A model generated the notes under the pieces. That model ran no database searches. It saw only the letters and a list, made by a program, of their open reading frames with translations, and was not told where the DNA came from. A stretch of 64,000 nt of DNA. It comes from Flectonema sp. DT1601. Lineage: Eukaryota. Below are positions 1-14,075 of the stretch, one piece after another (the first letter of the stretch is position 1; the number at the start of each line of letters is the position of its first letter). A program made the position numbers and the translations under genes. Where the stretch lies: NCBI GenBank assembly GCA_964019425.1, contig OZ025787.1, positions 620,001-684,000 of the forward strand, written 5' to 3'.

Positions 1-569
1 TGAGTGGTTGGAAATCTGATTTGAGTTTCTTTGTTTTTTTATATAGTTTTTTTTATTATTAACTTTTAAATATTTCTTTTAATCACCTCGCCTGTGCAGA
101 CAAAACAAGGCTGTGGGAGGACTAGTCTGGGTCTGCTTGTTCAGAGAATAAGCAAGCGTAGTGATTGGTTCTTTTTTTTTTTTTTTAATTTATTTTTAGT
201 CTACGTACCTGTGTTCCTAATGAATAAAATACAAGGTGTGTAGCAACGAAATGCCTTACTGCCATTACTCAGTACGTTGGTACTCGGGCTTTGCACAAAT
301 TTATTTTAGTTACAAAAATACTTAGTTAAAATACCTCCGTCTGCTTCCGCAGTGTTCGGAGGTGTAATTAATCTATTGTTGGATATGGTTCTCAATTACC
401 CACGGAAGTGTCTTAAAAAACGATACTAATTGTAAAAAAAGATTTATTTATATAAAACAGGTCTAACATACACAACGAAGAATTGTTATATCTTTTTCTT
501 TCTTTTTTTTTTTTTTTTTTTAAAACAAAAAAAATTGTTTACTTTATTTCTCACAGAGGAGGTAACAAA

Positions 570-1623
570 ATGCCTCCCGGAGGAGGAGGTAGAATTCGCG
601 GCACCTCCTTCAAACAGGAGTACCGGGGTGGTGGTCCAAGCGCTTTCCAGCGGCTGAAGAACAAAGTATGTAAATATTATTATTACTTGTGTTGTGTAGT
701 ATAAAGATAATCCCTAAAGTGATATTAACTAACAATAATTCAGGTTACCGGTCGCGCTCGTGCGCCTTCAATGATATCAGAAAAAGACAAGTCGATGCTC
801 CCTCCTCAAACTAAAGATGACCGGGGGAGAGTTACGATCGTACTTGACCTTGACGAGACACTGATATATGCCCGTGAAGGTTTGTATCTTAACCTCTTGA
901 GCAGCATATAAAAAGGTTAGTATTTATTACAATAAATCAATTAACTACAGGTCCTCTATATGCGAGACCTGGTCTTGATACACTTCTTGAAGTCTTGAAG
1001 GAACGGACAGAACCTGTCGTCTGGACGGCCGGAGTAAAAGCTTATGCGCAGGTCTGTTATTTTAACATTTTCAAACTGTTAAGCAGTCGTGTTGAGGGAA
1101 GAAAATAATTCACAATATACAACACAGGCGGTTATCAGAAATATAGATAAGAAAAGTATCATAAAGCACTGCGTCTACCGACACAAGAAATGGTTTTCGG
1201 TATGTGTAACTGTTCCTCACTAGAACAAAAAAAAACATACACACAACACACACACATAAACAGGGATGTGCTGGGTACAACAAAGACCTGACCCTTCTTG
1301 GAAGAGACATGGATAAATTACTTATCTTAGAAAACACTCCTGACTGTGTTCGGGGTAACGAAGCGAATGGAATAGTCGTAACTGACTACGAGGGAGAGGG
1401 AGAGGACTACACTCTCCAAGCAATAACTGAACTTATAGTTGATATGGTAGACAGAGTAAATAATTCAGGTATAACTGTCCCTCAGTATATTAAAAGTACT
1501 CCACTACTACAAAAGAGAGAAATCTCGACAGACATTGGAGACTACCTCGAGGTCTATTGTCTCGATACGAATGATTTTATGGCTCAAAAGGCACTCAGAG
1601 TTAACCGTGATCTCAGACAGTAG
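570..1623 (+). CDS. SCP/FCP1-family (NLI-interacting factor, HAD-like) phosphatase, paralog 1; exons 570-665, 744-879, 951-1051, 1128-1199, 1264-1623 (254 aa)
   Basis: Four GT-AG introns join in frame. Motifs VLDLDETLI (DxDxT), RPGL, VWTAG...YA and KDLTLLGR...LIxENTP are present. Confidence 0.9.
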
Positions 1624-2951
1624 ATGGCAATAGCAAAATTAAGAGGGATTGAAGTCAGGTAAAGCACTTCACAAAGAGCGTCAGCATAGTTCTGATCCAG
1701 AACTTGCTTGCTTGGAAAAAGCTGTGGGAAAAAAAAAAAAAACAAGAAAAAAAAAAAACTACAATCTGTGGCAAATGACGAGTCGCAATAATGTTTTCTT
1801 TCCGTAAGTAAAGAAAAAAAGAAAAAGAAAAAAAGAAAAAGAAAATTGGCTACCTGTTACATTCTCTTGAAAAAAATTATTTAAAGTCTGCTGTCGGCTG
1901 TTGTGTGGCAGAATGTTTTTGATCCTTTGGCTTTCGTGTCAAAATGATCGAGACAAATGAAAAGGAAAAAAAAAAAAAAAGAAAATAACAAAAAGGAACA
2001 AAGAAGGGAACCCCCTCCCGGTTAACTTCCTCCTTGGATGTGGATGATGTGTGATGGCGCTTATTATGAAGAAATGATGGCCTCTGCTCTTTGGTCTTCT
2101 CACACTTTATAAACATGCAATCCTCATGGCTATACTTGACGGGGAGTAGACAGGTGTTGACACTCTGATTTCAAAAAAAGCGTTTTCAAGTTGGCTCTGC
2201 TCGTTTAAAAGACGCACGCTGATGGAACTAAGAGATTTCTTTTTTCCTTGGTCAAAGGAAGCCAAAGTGTCTCCGTGTCATGATGACTTTATAGGGATCT
2301 AAACTTTGAATTCCTTCTTTATCTTTTTGTCTTGTACTTTCACTCCTCATCCCCTAAAAGTTCTGTTTGCGATTACAAAGCTAACGAAATAAGAAAAGCC
2401 TAACAACAGTTGATGTTCTTGTGTGGTAGAAAAGTGCAAACACATATGGGCACACTGACTTCCGACACAAATAATAGAGGAGTCATTACTGCATAAGAGA
2501 AAGATGTGTTGTTCAGGAAAATATTAAAAAAAAAAAAAAGTAAGAAAATAAACACAGTGTTGCCCCAGGAAAGGGGGGTTTCGTGTCTCCCCACCCAATA
2601 CCCCCCCAGGCGTCTGTTTCTTACTAAGTATTCACATTCTTGTTTTTTCTTTTTCGTGTTAGGGGAGGCTTTCGTTTTTTGCGAATTCAGGTACAAGGAG
2701 TGCCGTCCCCCCAGTGGCCAACCCGCGACCAGTTTTAACAAATAACTTAATAGCAAACACCGTTTTTTCCCGTATGATAACTCTTAGGTGAGCAAAGTAT
2801 ACCAGTCACAGCGGGGGAGACAAAGTTTACTTTATTTCTTCTGCAGGTCTGGTATACATTCACAGATTAACGACAACCTTTACGAGTGAACTCTTGGCGA
2901 ATTATTATTCTACAAAACGATCAGAAACCGTAATAAAAAAAAACAAAGAAA

Positions 2952-3904
2952 ATGGGGCACCACCGAAGGCCGAAGGGAGCTAAGGAAACCAGGATACGAG
3001 GAATCTCATTCAAACATGAGTATCGCAACGGGCCTGGTATGTTGCAGCAGCTGAAGAATAAAATTAATAGAGTGCGAGCTCCGTCAATGATATCCGAGTC
3101 AGACAAGCACATGATTCCACCACAAGCAAAGGAAGACATCGGGAAAGTCACCGTCGTCCTTGATCTGGATGAGACATTAATCTACGCAAGAGATGGTCCA
3201 TTACACGCACGCCCAGGGCTCGACAACTTCCTGGCAACGATCTCTCCGAAGGTTGAGGTAGTTGTTTGGACAGCTGGTGTTCGCGCCTATGCACAGGTAT
3301 GTCTGTTGGACACTTCTACGTTTTTTAATTCATTCACGTGATCGAGTTTATGCCAACTCTGAACTGTCTCATAAACAGGCGGTAGTTAAGAACATCGATA
3401 AGAAAGGAATTATAAAGCATTGTGTTTACAGACACAAGAAGTGGTTCACGGTATGTATTTATCTGTTCTTGTTAAACTAAACTGCAATGGAACACCAATA
3501 TGAGAATAAACAACACAAAGGGATGTGCTGGCTACAATAAAGACCTAACACTACTGGGTAGAAACATGAACAAGTTGATAATTGTTGAAAACACTCCCGA
3601 TTGTGTACGCGGTAACGAACAGAATGGTATTGTGCTTACTGACTATGAAGGTGCTGGAGAAGACATGACACTCGAAGCTCTACGAGACGTCTTAATTGAC
3701 TGTGTTGATGCTGTAGAAGGCGGCAGTACAGTACCTGATTTTATCAAATCTACCCCATCACTTGAAAGGCGTAGAATCCCCAGCGATACCGGAGGAGTAA
3801 TGGACATCTATTGCATAGACACTTTTAACTTTGTAAAGTCAAAGGAGCATCGTATTAACAGAGACATACCAGGATTTCTTCCAAATATTAATAGTAATCA
3901 CTAA
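2952..3904 (+). CDS. SCP/FCP1-family phosphatase, paralog 2; exons 2952-3296, 3379-3450, 3521-3904 (266 aa)
   Basis: VLDLDETLI motif. Colinear with paralog 1, with two GT-AG introns at positions shared with it. Confidence 0.9.
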
Positions 3905-4496
3905 AATATATATTTTTATTTCCCTTTATATTCTATTAAATAGGATGGTTGTATTCCTGTTACGCATCTCCACTTGATGATCGAATCCCTACACAAGTCA
4001 TGTCTCACAGGTAGTTATTATTATTATTATCAGAATTGACTAATGTAGTCAGTTCCTAGCAATCCCATCGTATCTTTATTTACACACTTATTCTTACTCT
4101 TACCTTGTGAAGTTGTTAACAGAAAGAAACCAGTATTCGATAGCGAACTTTTTCGATACGACTAGCGAAGTCTTCAGCTGCTGGCTGTTGATTACTAAAA
4201 GGAAAGGAACTAGTGTTCAGTTTCTAGCTGTTAATCTTTATATAAGTAAATCAAAAGGGATGTGTATTAAACTTATTGTATCGTGTTCAGGACGTATGCC
4301 TGCTGGTGACACACGACAACCTTCTCATTCAATAAATATACAAACACTCGTCTGTTTCCACAGATTAGTGTTGGTCTTCCTCTCATCTGTGGAACTAGCG
4401 TTCCACTAGTTTTTCGTGCTTTTGATTATCCTAAAAGAGTTCTAGTGAGATGGTTATTATATATTCACAACAGGATAGATAGTTGCCCGCACAAAG

Positions 4497-5247
4497 ATGA
4501 CCATAACCGAAAACGACATTGAAAGTGAGATCACTTTGGTCGATGGAAAGTTGGGAGCAGTTTGCTGCGGACTAACATCGTTCTCGGAGATCCCAAAACA
4601 GAATGAAGACATTACTAGTTTAGACGTTTCTGACAATGAACTTCGCAGCCTGTCGGGTGTCGAAGAATTCCCCGAGTTGACGACACTTATTCTCGATAAC
4701 AATGAGATTGCGACTTTTACTGGAATGCCGCTATTGAAGAAGTTAGAGACCCTGTGGGCCAACAAGAATGACATTTCTGATTTGAATGCTCTCCTTGACA
4801 TCTTAGCTGTTAAGAGTCCTGGACTTCAATATCTCTCTCTTCTTGGAAACAGTGTTTGTAAGAACGACCTTGTTGGATCTTCCAAAGAAGAGTCTAACAG
4901 ATATCGATTGTATGTAATTCATAAAGTTCCATCACTACGATTCTTAGACTCACTCCCTGTTACAGATGAAGAGAGACTCAGCGCTAAACAGAGAGGTGCA
5001 TTTCTAAAAGTTGAGAAGGCTGTTGCTAATGACGATGTCGCCAAGAGTGAGAACACTTTCTACAAAGATGCTCCTTCTCGTGAGGGTCAGCATGCGACAT
5101 TTCTCGGATTCCAGAAGCACTATTACTCAGGTATGCTATTGTGTGATTATGCTATACCAGCTATAGATCCATAAGGAGATAAAACAACATCACCCAACAG
5201 GTAAATCTTCGGAAGGAAATCGATTCATTAAAGATGACCAGCTGTAG
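4497..5247 (+). CDS. LRMDA: Leucine-rich repeat protein, LRMDA/C10orf11-like; exons 4497-5130, 5201-5247 (226 aa)
   Basis: LRRs (LDVSDNEL, LILDNNEI, LSLLGN) and an LRRcap (YRLYVIHKVPSLRFLD). The spliced C-terminus YSGKSSEGNRFIKDDQL matches the conserved LRMDA tail as I recall it. Confidence 0.8.
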
Positions 5248-6630
5248 AATTATTATAATGATCCTCGTGATGTTTTACGGAGGTTGTCTGTGGGGACCTC
5301 TTTTGTTGAAGGAGATTGTTATTCCAAATATGTTGTTGACTATTATTATGATTACATCAACTGTTTGAATATTCCTTTTATCATAAGCGAAATTAGTACT
5401 CTGTCCGACTAGTGTCGCACAGATTTGTGTGTCGTGACATTGCAGGGCAAGTCGTTGAAAAACTGTTTCGATCGTTGTTTTGGTTTTCTGGTGATTAGGA
5501 CTGATAATTTCTTTTTTTTTCCTCGTTCCCTTTTTCCAGAAAATCCCCAAGCTGTGTTACGTACCTACGAAGTTGTGTTCAAAATCCGACGCACTTGCTA
5601 AGAAAAGGAGATTTCCGTGCGTTGCCGTACTGCCGACATTGTTAGCTCCTACAAAACCAGCTAATTGAAATATGAAATTTTATAGAACAGAAACGAAAAC
5701 TACCCCACGCGAATTGTTGCCTTCCAATAACCTGTTCAAGAAGTCTAACTTACTTTCTCATCGAAAACCTTTTTTAAAAGGCACCTCTTGTTGCTCCCTT
5801 TGTATCGTGTGGTGTAATCCTTGTTAGTAAGTCTGCGTCTCTTATCGTCAGTGAGAGTCTTGCTTTTGAGACTTTCCTGGGGTTTGGATTCCCTGACTTC
5901 GATAAAATAAAATAAGATAATAATTTCATTAATCAGGTAACAATAAAAGAAGAAAAAATAAGTTAGTTAAGTTACTCTTCCTTCTCTTCACTCCCCTTGT
6001 TTTGTAGTGAGCCAGTACTATTCAGTGCAGTCATTTTTCTGTGAATTGATTTGGTTTTGTTTCATTCATTTGCGAACTGCTTCTATCTCGTATCATTTTC
6101 TAATCCTGCGTGAAGTGATAAAAAAAAAAAAACTTTGTTAGTGTTCACAAAGTTCCTTATTCACACGAGGAGTTACCTGTGCTGTGGAATGTTCTTTTAT
6201 AGTGCGAACAGCGCTGCTCAGATGCTTCATTCTCTTAGCAGACGAGTAGGTAGTAGTTTGTCTGTTTGATGTGCTTTCATGTTCCTTTTCTTCTGTGTAA
6301 CGGCCTTCCACACTAACAGCAGGTGACCTCGCCTGTAGCTGATTGTGTGGTCGGTCGTTTCCCTTTTGCTGAGTTATCATTTTCCTTTTCTTTCTGTTTG
6401 TTGTTTTTTTTTTCCCGTCTTTTTTCCTTTGCTCATCTGTTTAGATAGCATTTATCTATTGACAAGTTTACTTAATTATGAAACAATATGCAAATACAAA
6501 TACTCTCACCATTACAGATTGATTAATTCATGGTTTGGAATCTGATGACCAATGAGGTAAAAGTGTATAGTTAGTTTTATAATTTCAAAAAGTATTTTCT
6601 CACCAGGACAGTCATCACTATCCATAGAGA

Positions 6631-9600
6631 ATGCGATGTTTACTTCAATTGATAATCGTATTACTAATAGTACCGTATTCGGTGAACGGAGAAAATAGTG
6701 TCGGTAGGTGGATTATACTTGTGCGGCAGGGGAGTGATGAAGACGCAGTGGACAGACTGAAGATGGAACTGAAAGGGAAGTTAAGAAAAGAGTTCTTTAT
6801 TGGGAGAAATAGAATATTGAGAGCTGTGATGTCTTCTGAAGAATCTGAACAACTTTATCACGACTTCAATGAAGAAATTGAATCAATAGAATACGACGCC
6901 CAAGTTCGCGTTGCATCACTGACTTGCGGAGATGAACAATCAACATCTTCTACTTCCTGGGGGATTCGTTCTGCGACTTCGAATACAGTTGATGGTGGGG
7001 TACCTTCGACTTTTAGATATAATCAGTCATGGGGTCAGGATATTGATGTTTATGTTTTAGATTCGGGTGTTGATTGTTCTCACAGTGAGTTAACTAATTG
7101 TGAATTTGGAACAATCACATCGGAAGCTACCACTAGTGACGATATCCTCGGGCACGGAACTCACGTTGCTGGAACCATCGCTGGTCAAGATCAGGGGATC
7201 AGTAGATCTACAAATATAATCGCTGTAAAAGTTATGAATGATAATGGTGGTGGTAGTGTTGGTGACATTGCAGAAGGGATCACCTGGGCTATCGATCAGG
7301 TTAAACTAAAAACCAGAAGAGCAATAATTCACATGTCTTTGGAAGCTCCCAAATCAGCAATACTTGACAACTCTGTAAACGCTGCATCTGATGAAGGGAT
7401 AGTTGTAGTTACAGCTGCTGGTAATGGAAATTCAGATGCCTGTAATGTCAGTCCAGGGTCAGCTGTGGAGAGTATTAACGTTGGTAATGCTGGTATTAAA
7501 GAAAGCCCTGGAGGAACTTTTCAATATTATATATCCGGAACTTCCAATTGGGGTTCCTGTATTGATGTATTCGGACCTGGTGAGTTTATCACCTCCGCGA
7601 AATCGAATACGATCGATTCTGAATCCACTTTGTCTGGTACTTCCATGGCCGCCCCTCATGTCACTGGTGCTGTTGCTGCGTATCTCTCTGACAACCCAAC
7701 AGCCAGCGTTCAGGAAGCTAAGAACTTCATTATTAGTAATTCAGTTATTCGTTCAATTGCTGATGTTGATAGCACCACTACGAAGAAATTCCTTAATATT
7801 CCTTGTGATGGTATGTCTGGTTGCTGTTTTATTGAAGCAAGGTGACTTTATAAATTATTATAAATTAACAAACAGGATCGATACAGGAGAATCCTGTAGG
7901 GTACTTAGCCACTGAAAACAACTGTTTTGAAGATTACGAACTTTTTGAAACTGCAACCGGAGCGATTGACTGGCCTACGGCGGACGACGTGTACCCAGAT
8001 AGCCATGAAAAGTGTTGGAAGATATTATGTGAAGGTGAGAGTAGTTATCTTCTATTTCAATGGAGCTTGTATGATATCGAGCGAATAGGTGATTATCTGT
8101 TTATAGGAAACAAAGCCTATGTTGATGAACCTGCTGCTGATTTTTATTTTGAAGGATCTCAAGTACTAAGGTTTACATCAAATCGAAACTCGTTTCGTCC
8201 GCACAAAGGGTTTAGTTTAACATATTCGTGTTCAACTCAATTTGCCACACCTCTTCCTACACAAACAGCTTGTACACAATTAGAAGCAGGTCGAAGTACT
8301 AGTACTTTTGCTTATCCAAGTGAGGGTAATTATGAGAACAACCTTGATGTTTGTTTTCAAATTGACTGTCCTGGTGGTCAGGTTATTGCTCATTTTGACT
8401 ACATAGAAATGGAGTTGAGTTATGATTTCTTTTACATCTATTCAAATAGTCCGAATTCTAATAAAATTACTGGAGATTACACTGCATTTGATGCAACTTA
8501 TTATGATTATTTAACTATGAAACTTACGTCTGATGCATCCGAACAGAAAAGAGGATTCTCTATCAGATATTCTTGTTCTTACACCAATACACTTACACTT
8601 GGGTTAGATCCATCCCAAGTTGGGTCAGAGTTATCTCAAGCACAACGTAACACTCACACGATACCTATCGTTACTGATACTTCATCAACAACGAGTGACA
8701 TCATTACATCAACTCTGACAGCTGAAGAATTTACAGCAACGCCGAGTAGCACAACTACTTCAACTGTTGCTGAAACAGCTACGGAGACTGCTGCTGATAC
8801 AACAACTCCTACTGTTGTGGGCTCTACGACCCGAACTATTGATACAACTACACAAGCTGCTGATGAAGCAACGCAAACTGTTGCTGTAACAACTACACAA
8901 GTTGCTGGTGAAACAACTCAGACTACTGCTGGTGAAGCAACCCAAACTGCTGCTGAAGCAACAACGCCGATTGTTGCTGTAACAACTACACAAGCAGCTG
9001 CTGTAACAACTACACAAGCTGCTGGTGAAGCAACTCAAACTGCTGCTGAAGCAACAACGCCGATTGTTGCTGTAACAACTACACAAGCTGCTGGTGACAC
9101 AACTCAGACTACTGCTGGTGAAACAACCCAAACTGTTGCTAGTGAAGCAACCCAAACTGCTGCTGAAGCAACAACGCCGATTATTGCTGTAACAACTACA
9201 CAAGCTGCTGGTGAAGCAACCCAAACTACTGCTGAAGCAACAACGCCGGTTATTGCTATAACAACTACACAAGCTACTGGTGAAGCAACTCAAACTGCTG
9301 CTGAAGCAACAACGCCGATTGTTGCTGTAACAACTACACAAGCAGCTGCTGTAACAACTACACAAGCTGCTGGTGAAGCAACCCAAACTGCTGCTGAAGC
9401 AACAACGCCGATTATTGCTGTAACAACTACACAAGCTGCTGGTGAAGCAACCCAAACTACTGCTGAAGCAACAACGCCGGTTATTGCTATAACAACTACA
9501 CAAGCTACTGGTGAAGCAACTCAAACTGCTGCTGAAGCAACAACGCCGATTGTTGCTGTAACAACTACACAAGCAGCTGCTGTAACAACTACACAAGCTG

Positions 9601-12600
9601 CTGGTGAAGCAACTCAAACTGCTGCTGAAGCAACAACGCAAACTGTTGCTGTAACAACTACACAAGTTGCTGGTGAAACAACTCAAACTGCTGCTGAAGC
9701 AACAACGCCGATTGTTGCTGTAACAACTACACAAGCTGCTGGTGACACAACTCAGACTACTGCTGGTGAAACAACCCAAACTGTTGCTAGTGAAGCAACC
9801 CAAACTGCTGCTGAAGCAACAACGCCGATTATTGCTGTAACAACTACACAAGCTGCTGGTGAAGCAACCCAAACTACTGCTGAAGCAACAACGCCGGTTA
9901 TTGCTATAACAACTACACAAGCTACTGGTGAAGCAACTCAAACTGCTGCTGAAGCAACAACGCCGATTGTTGCTGTAACAACTACACAAGCAGCTGCTGT
10001 AACAACTACACAAGCTGCTGGTGAAGCAACTCAAACTGCTGCTGAAGCAACAACGCAAACTGTTGCTGTAACAACTACACAAGTTGCTGGTGAAACAACT
10101 CAGACTACTGCTGGTGAAGCAACCCAAACTGCTGCTGAAGCAACAACGCCGATTATTGCTGTAACAACTACACAAGCTGCTGGTGAAGCAACCCAAACTA
10201 CTGCTGAAGCAACAACGCCGGTTATTGCTATAACAACTACACAAGCTACTGGTGAAGCAACTCAAACTGCTGCTGAAGCAACAACGCCGATTGTTGCTGT
10301 AACAACTACACAAGCTACTGGTGAAGCAACTCAAACTGCTGCTGAAGCAACAACGCCGATTGTTGCTGTAACAACTACACAAGTTGCTGGTGAAACAACT
10401 CAGACTACTGCTGGTGAAGCAACCCAAACTGCTGCTGAAGCAACAACGCCTATTGTTGCTGTAACAACTACACAAGTTGCTGGTGAAACAACTCAGACTA
10501 CTGCTGGTGAAGCAACTCAAACTGCTGCTGAAGCAACAACGCCGATTGTTGCTGTAACAACTACACAAGCTGCTGCTGTAACAACTACACAAGCTGCTGG
10601 TGAAGCAACCCAAACTACTGCTGAAGCAACAACGCCGGTTATTGCTATAACAACTACACAAGCTACTGGTGAAGCAACTCAAACTGCTGCTGAAGCAACA
10701 ACGCCGATTGTTGCTGTAACAACTACACAAGCTGCTGGTGAAGCAACTCAAACTGCTGCTGAAGCAACAACGCCGATTGTTGCTGTAACAACTACACAAG
10801 CTGCTGGTGAAGCAACTCAAACTGCTGCTGAAGCAACAACGCCGATTGTTGCTGTAACAACTACACAAGCTGCTGCTGTAACAACTACACAAGCTGCTGG
10901 TGAAGCAACCCAAACTACTGCTGAAGCAACAACGCCGGTTATTGCTATAACAACTACACAAGCTACTGGTGAAGCAACTCAAACTGCTGCTGAAGCAACA
11001 ACGCCGATTGTTGCTGTAACAACTACACAAGCTGCTGGTGAAGCAACTCAAACTGCTGCTGAAGCAACAACGCCGATTGTTGCTGTAACAACTACACAAG
11101 CTGCTGCTGTAACAACTACACAAGCTGCTGGTGAAGCAACCCAAACTACTGCTGAAGCAACAACGCCGGTTATTGCTATAACAACTACACAAGCTACTGG
11201 TGAAGCAACTCAAACTGCTGCTGAAGCAACAACGCCGATTGTTGCTGTAACAACTACACAAGCTGCTGGTGAAGCAACTCAAACTGCTGCTGAAGCAACA
11301 ACGCCGATTGTTGCTGTAACAACTACACAAGCTGCTGGTGACACAACTCAGACTACTGCTGGTGAAGCAACCCAAACTGCTGCTGAAGCAACAACGCCGA
11401 TTGTTGCTGTAACAACTACACAAGCTGCTGGTGAAGCAACTCAAACTGCTGCTGAAGCAACAACGCCGATTGTTGCTGTAACAACTACACAAGCTGCTGG
11501 TGAAGCAACTCAAACTACTGCTGGTGAAGCAACCCAAACTGCTGCTGAAGCAACAACGCCGATTGTTGCTGTAACAACTACACAAGCTGCTGGTGAAGCA
11601 ACTCAAACTGCTGCTGAAGCAACAACGCCGATTGTTGCTGTAACAACTACACAAGCTGCTGGTGACACAACTCAGACTACTGCTGGTGAAGCAACCCAAA
11701 CTGCTGCTGAAGCAACAACGCCGATTGTTGCTGTAACAACTACACAAGCTGCTGGTGAAGCAACTCAAACTGCTGCTGAAGCAACAACGCCGATTGTTGC
11801 TGTAACAACTACACAAGCAGCTGCTGTAACAACTACACAAGCTGCTGGTGAAGCAACTCAAACTGCTGCTGAAGCAACAACGCCGATTGTTGCTGTAACA
11901 ACTACACAAGCTGCTGGTGAAGCAACTCAAACTGCTGCTGTAACAACTACACAAGCTGCTGGTGAAGCAACCCAAACTACTGCTGAAGCAACAACGCCGG
12001 TTATTGCTATAACAACTACACAAGCTGCTGGTGAAGCAACTCAAACTGCTGCTGAAGCAACAACACCGATTATTGCTGTAACAACTACACAAGTTGCTGG
12101 TGAAACAACCCAAACTGTTGCTAGTGAAGCAACCCAAACTGCTGCTGAAGCAACAACGCCGATTGTTGCTGTAACAACTACACAAGCTGCTGGCGAAGTA
12201 ACCCAAACTGCTGCTGTAACAACTACACAAGCTGCTGGTGAAGCAACTCAGACTACTACTGATGAAGCACCCCAAACTGTTGCTGTAACAACTACGCAAG
12301 CTGCTGGAGAAGCAACCCAAACTGATGCTGTAACAACTACACAAGCTGCTGCTGAAACAACTCAAACTGTTGCTAGTGAAGCAACCCAAACTGTTGCTAG
12401 TGAAGCAACCCAAACTGCTGCTGAAGCAACAACGCCGATTGTTGCTGTAACAACTACACAAGCTGCTGGTGAAACAACCCAAACTGTTGCTAGTGAAGCA
12501 ACCCAAACTGCTGCTGAAGCAACAACGCCGATTGTTGCTGTAACAACTACACAAGCTGCTGGTGAAGCAACTCAGACTACTACTGATGAAGCACCCCAAA

Positions 12601-14075
12601 CTGTTGCTGTAACAACTACACAAGCTGCTGGCGAAGCAACCCAAACTGCTGCTGTAACAACTACACAAGCTGCTGCTGAAACAACTCAAACTGCTGCTAG
12701 TGAAGCAACCCAAACTGCTGCTGTAACAACTACACAAGCTGCTGCTGAAACAACTCAAACTGTTGCTAGTGAAGCAACCCAAACTGCTGCTGAAGCAACA
12801 ACGCCGATTGTTGCTGTAACAACTACACAAGCTGCTGGTGAAACAACCCAAACTGTTGCTAGTGAAGCAACCCAAACTGCTGCTGAAGCAACAACGCCGA
12901 TTGTTGCTGTAACAACTACACAAGCTGCTGGTGAAGCAACTCAAACTGCTGCTAGTGAAGCAACCCAAACTGCTGCTGTAACAACTACACAAGCTGCTGC
13001 TGAAACAACTCAAACTGTTGCTAGTGAAGCAACCCAAACTGCTGCTGAAGCAACAACGCCGATTGTTGCTGTAACAACTACACAAGCTGCTGGTGAAACA
13101 ACCCAAACTGTTGCTAGTGAAGCAACCCAAACTGCTGCTGAAGCAACAACGCCGATTGTTGCTGTAACAACTACACAAGCTGCTGGTGAAGCAACTCAGA
13201 CTACTACTGATGAAGCACCCCAAACTGTTGCTGTAACAACTACACAAGCTGCTGGCGAAGCAACCCAAACTGCTGCTGTAACAACTACACAAGCTGCTGC
13301 TGAAACAACTCAAACTGTTGCTAGTGAAGCAACCCAAACTGCTGCTGAAGCAACAACGCCGATTGTTGCTGTAACAACTACACAAGCTACTGCTGAAACA
13401 ACTCAGACTACTACTGATGAAGCAACCCAAACTGTTGCTGTAACAACTACACGGACTGTTGGGAGTGCACCCAGTTTGATTGCTACTCGCTCGTTGTCTG
13501 CTACTCGCAGTATCAGAGCCACTACAGATATCACGAAAACGTTTTCTCGTAGTGTCATTAGTGATGTCACAATCACACCTATTGCGGGTATTGCAACCGA
13601 GACACTGACGATGGATGTTATCGTTGTGCGTGGTGTTTTCAACAGCGGGAACTGCATTACGTTTCTCTCCAGTGCGAAACTGATTGCTGATTTCGAAGAC
13701 ATAACAAAAGAAGTTCTGAAAGTTGTGAAGGCTGCATTCTCATATGAGTGTGGGAGTGTAATATTTGAAGTCACTGTACCCCTTCGTAACCTTACTGAGA
13801 GTTCTCGATTGACGAAGCTGACCGAGAGCGGAGATTTTGAAAGTGAATTAGATTCGAAACTCCGAGAAACCAAAAACAGAGACTTACTAAACACTCTTGG
13901 ATTACTAACAAATGATATCCCAATCCCTACTCCGATGACTCCGACTGATGATCAGTTGGATACTTCTTTGATTATATTAGTAATTGTAGGTAGCTTCTTT
14001 GCGGCGACCCTCGTCGCTCTATTTCTGTGGAGAGCTTACAGAATGTCTCGTCGAAAATCTCAATTACCAACTTAG
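6631..14075 (+). CDS. Membrane-anchored S8 subtilase copy 1: signal peptide, I9 propeptide, S8, 2 CUB-like domains, Thr/Ala mucin stalk, SEA-like domain, TM; exons 6631-7810, 7876-14075 (2459 aa)
   Basis: Catalytic motifs VLDSG, HGTHVAG, AAGN and GTSMAAPHV. A 65-nt GT-AG intron joins the protease ORF in frame to the 2028-aa ORF. CUB signatures (C-x-F-x-I-x-C, LTSD...GF-x-I-x-Y). C-terminal hydrophobic helix followed by a basic tail. Confidence 0.9.
8850..13455 (+). repeat. Coding minisatellite of copy 1, built from 21/24-nt subunits (typical composite AAEATTPIVAVTTTQAAGEATQT)
   Basis: Directly visible tandem repeats. Confidence 0.95.

Noticed and set aside
483..6545. Small ORFs in AT-rich intergenic DNA (e.g. 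1877-2116, 2400-2756, 4107-4409, 5275-5550)
   Set aside because: Low-complexity F/K-rich translations without motifs, consistent with chance ORFs.
6542..6562. CTGATGA-CC...GG-TAAA upstream of each subtilase, and isolated CTGANGA at ~49753 and ~50041
   Set aside because: No GAAA with a convincing stem II, and no matching stems I and III.
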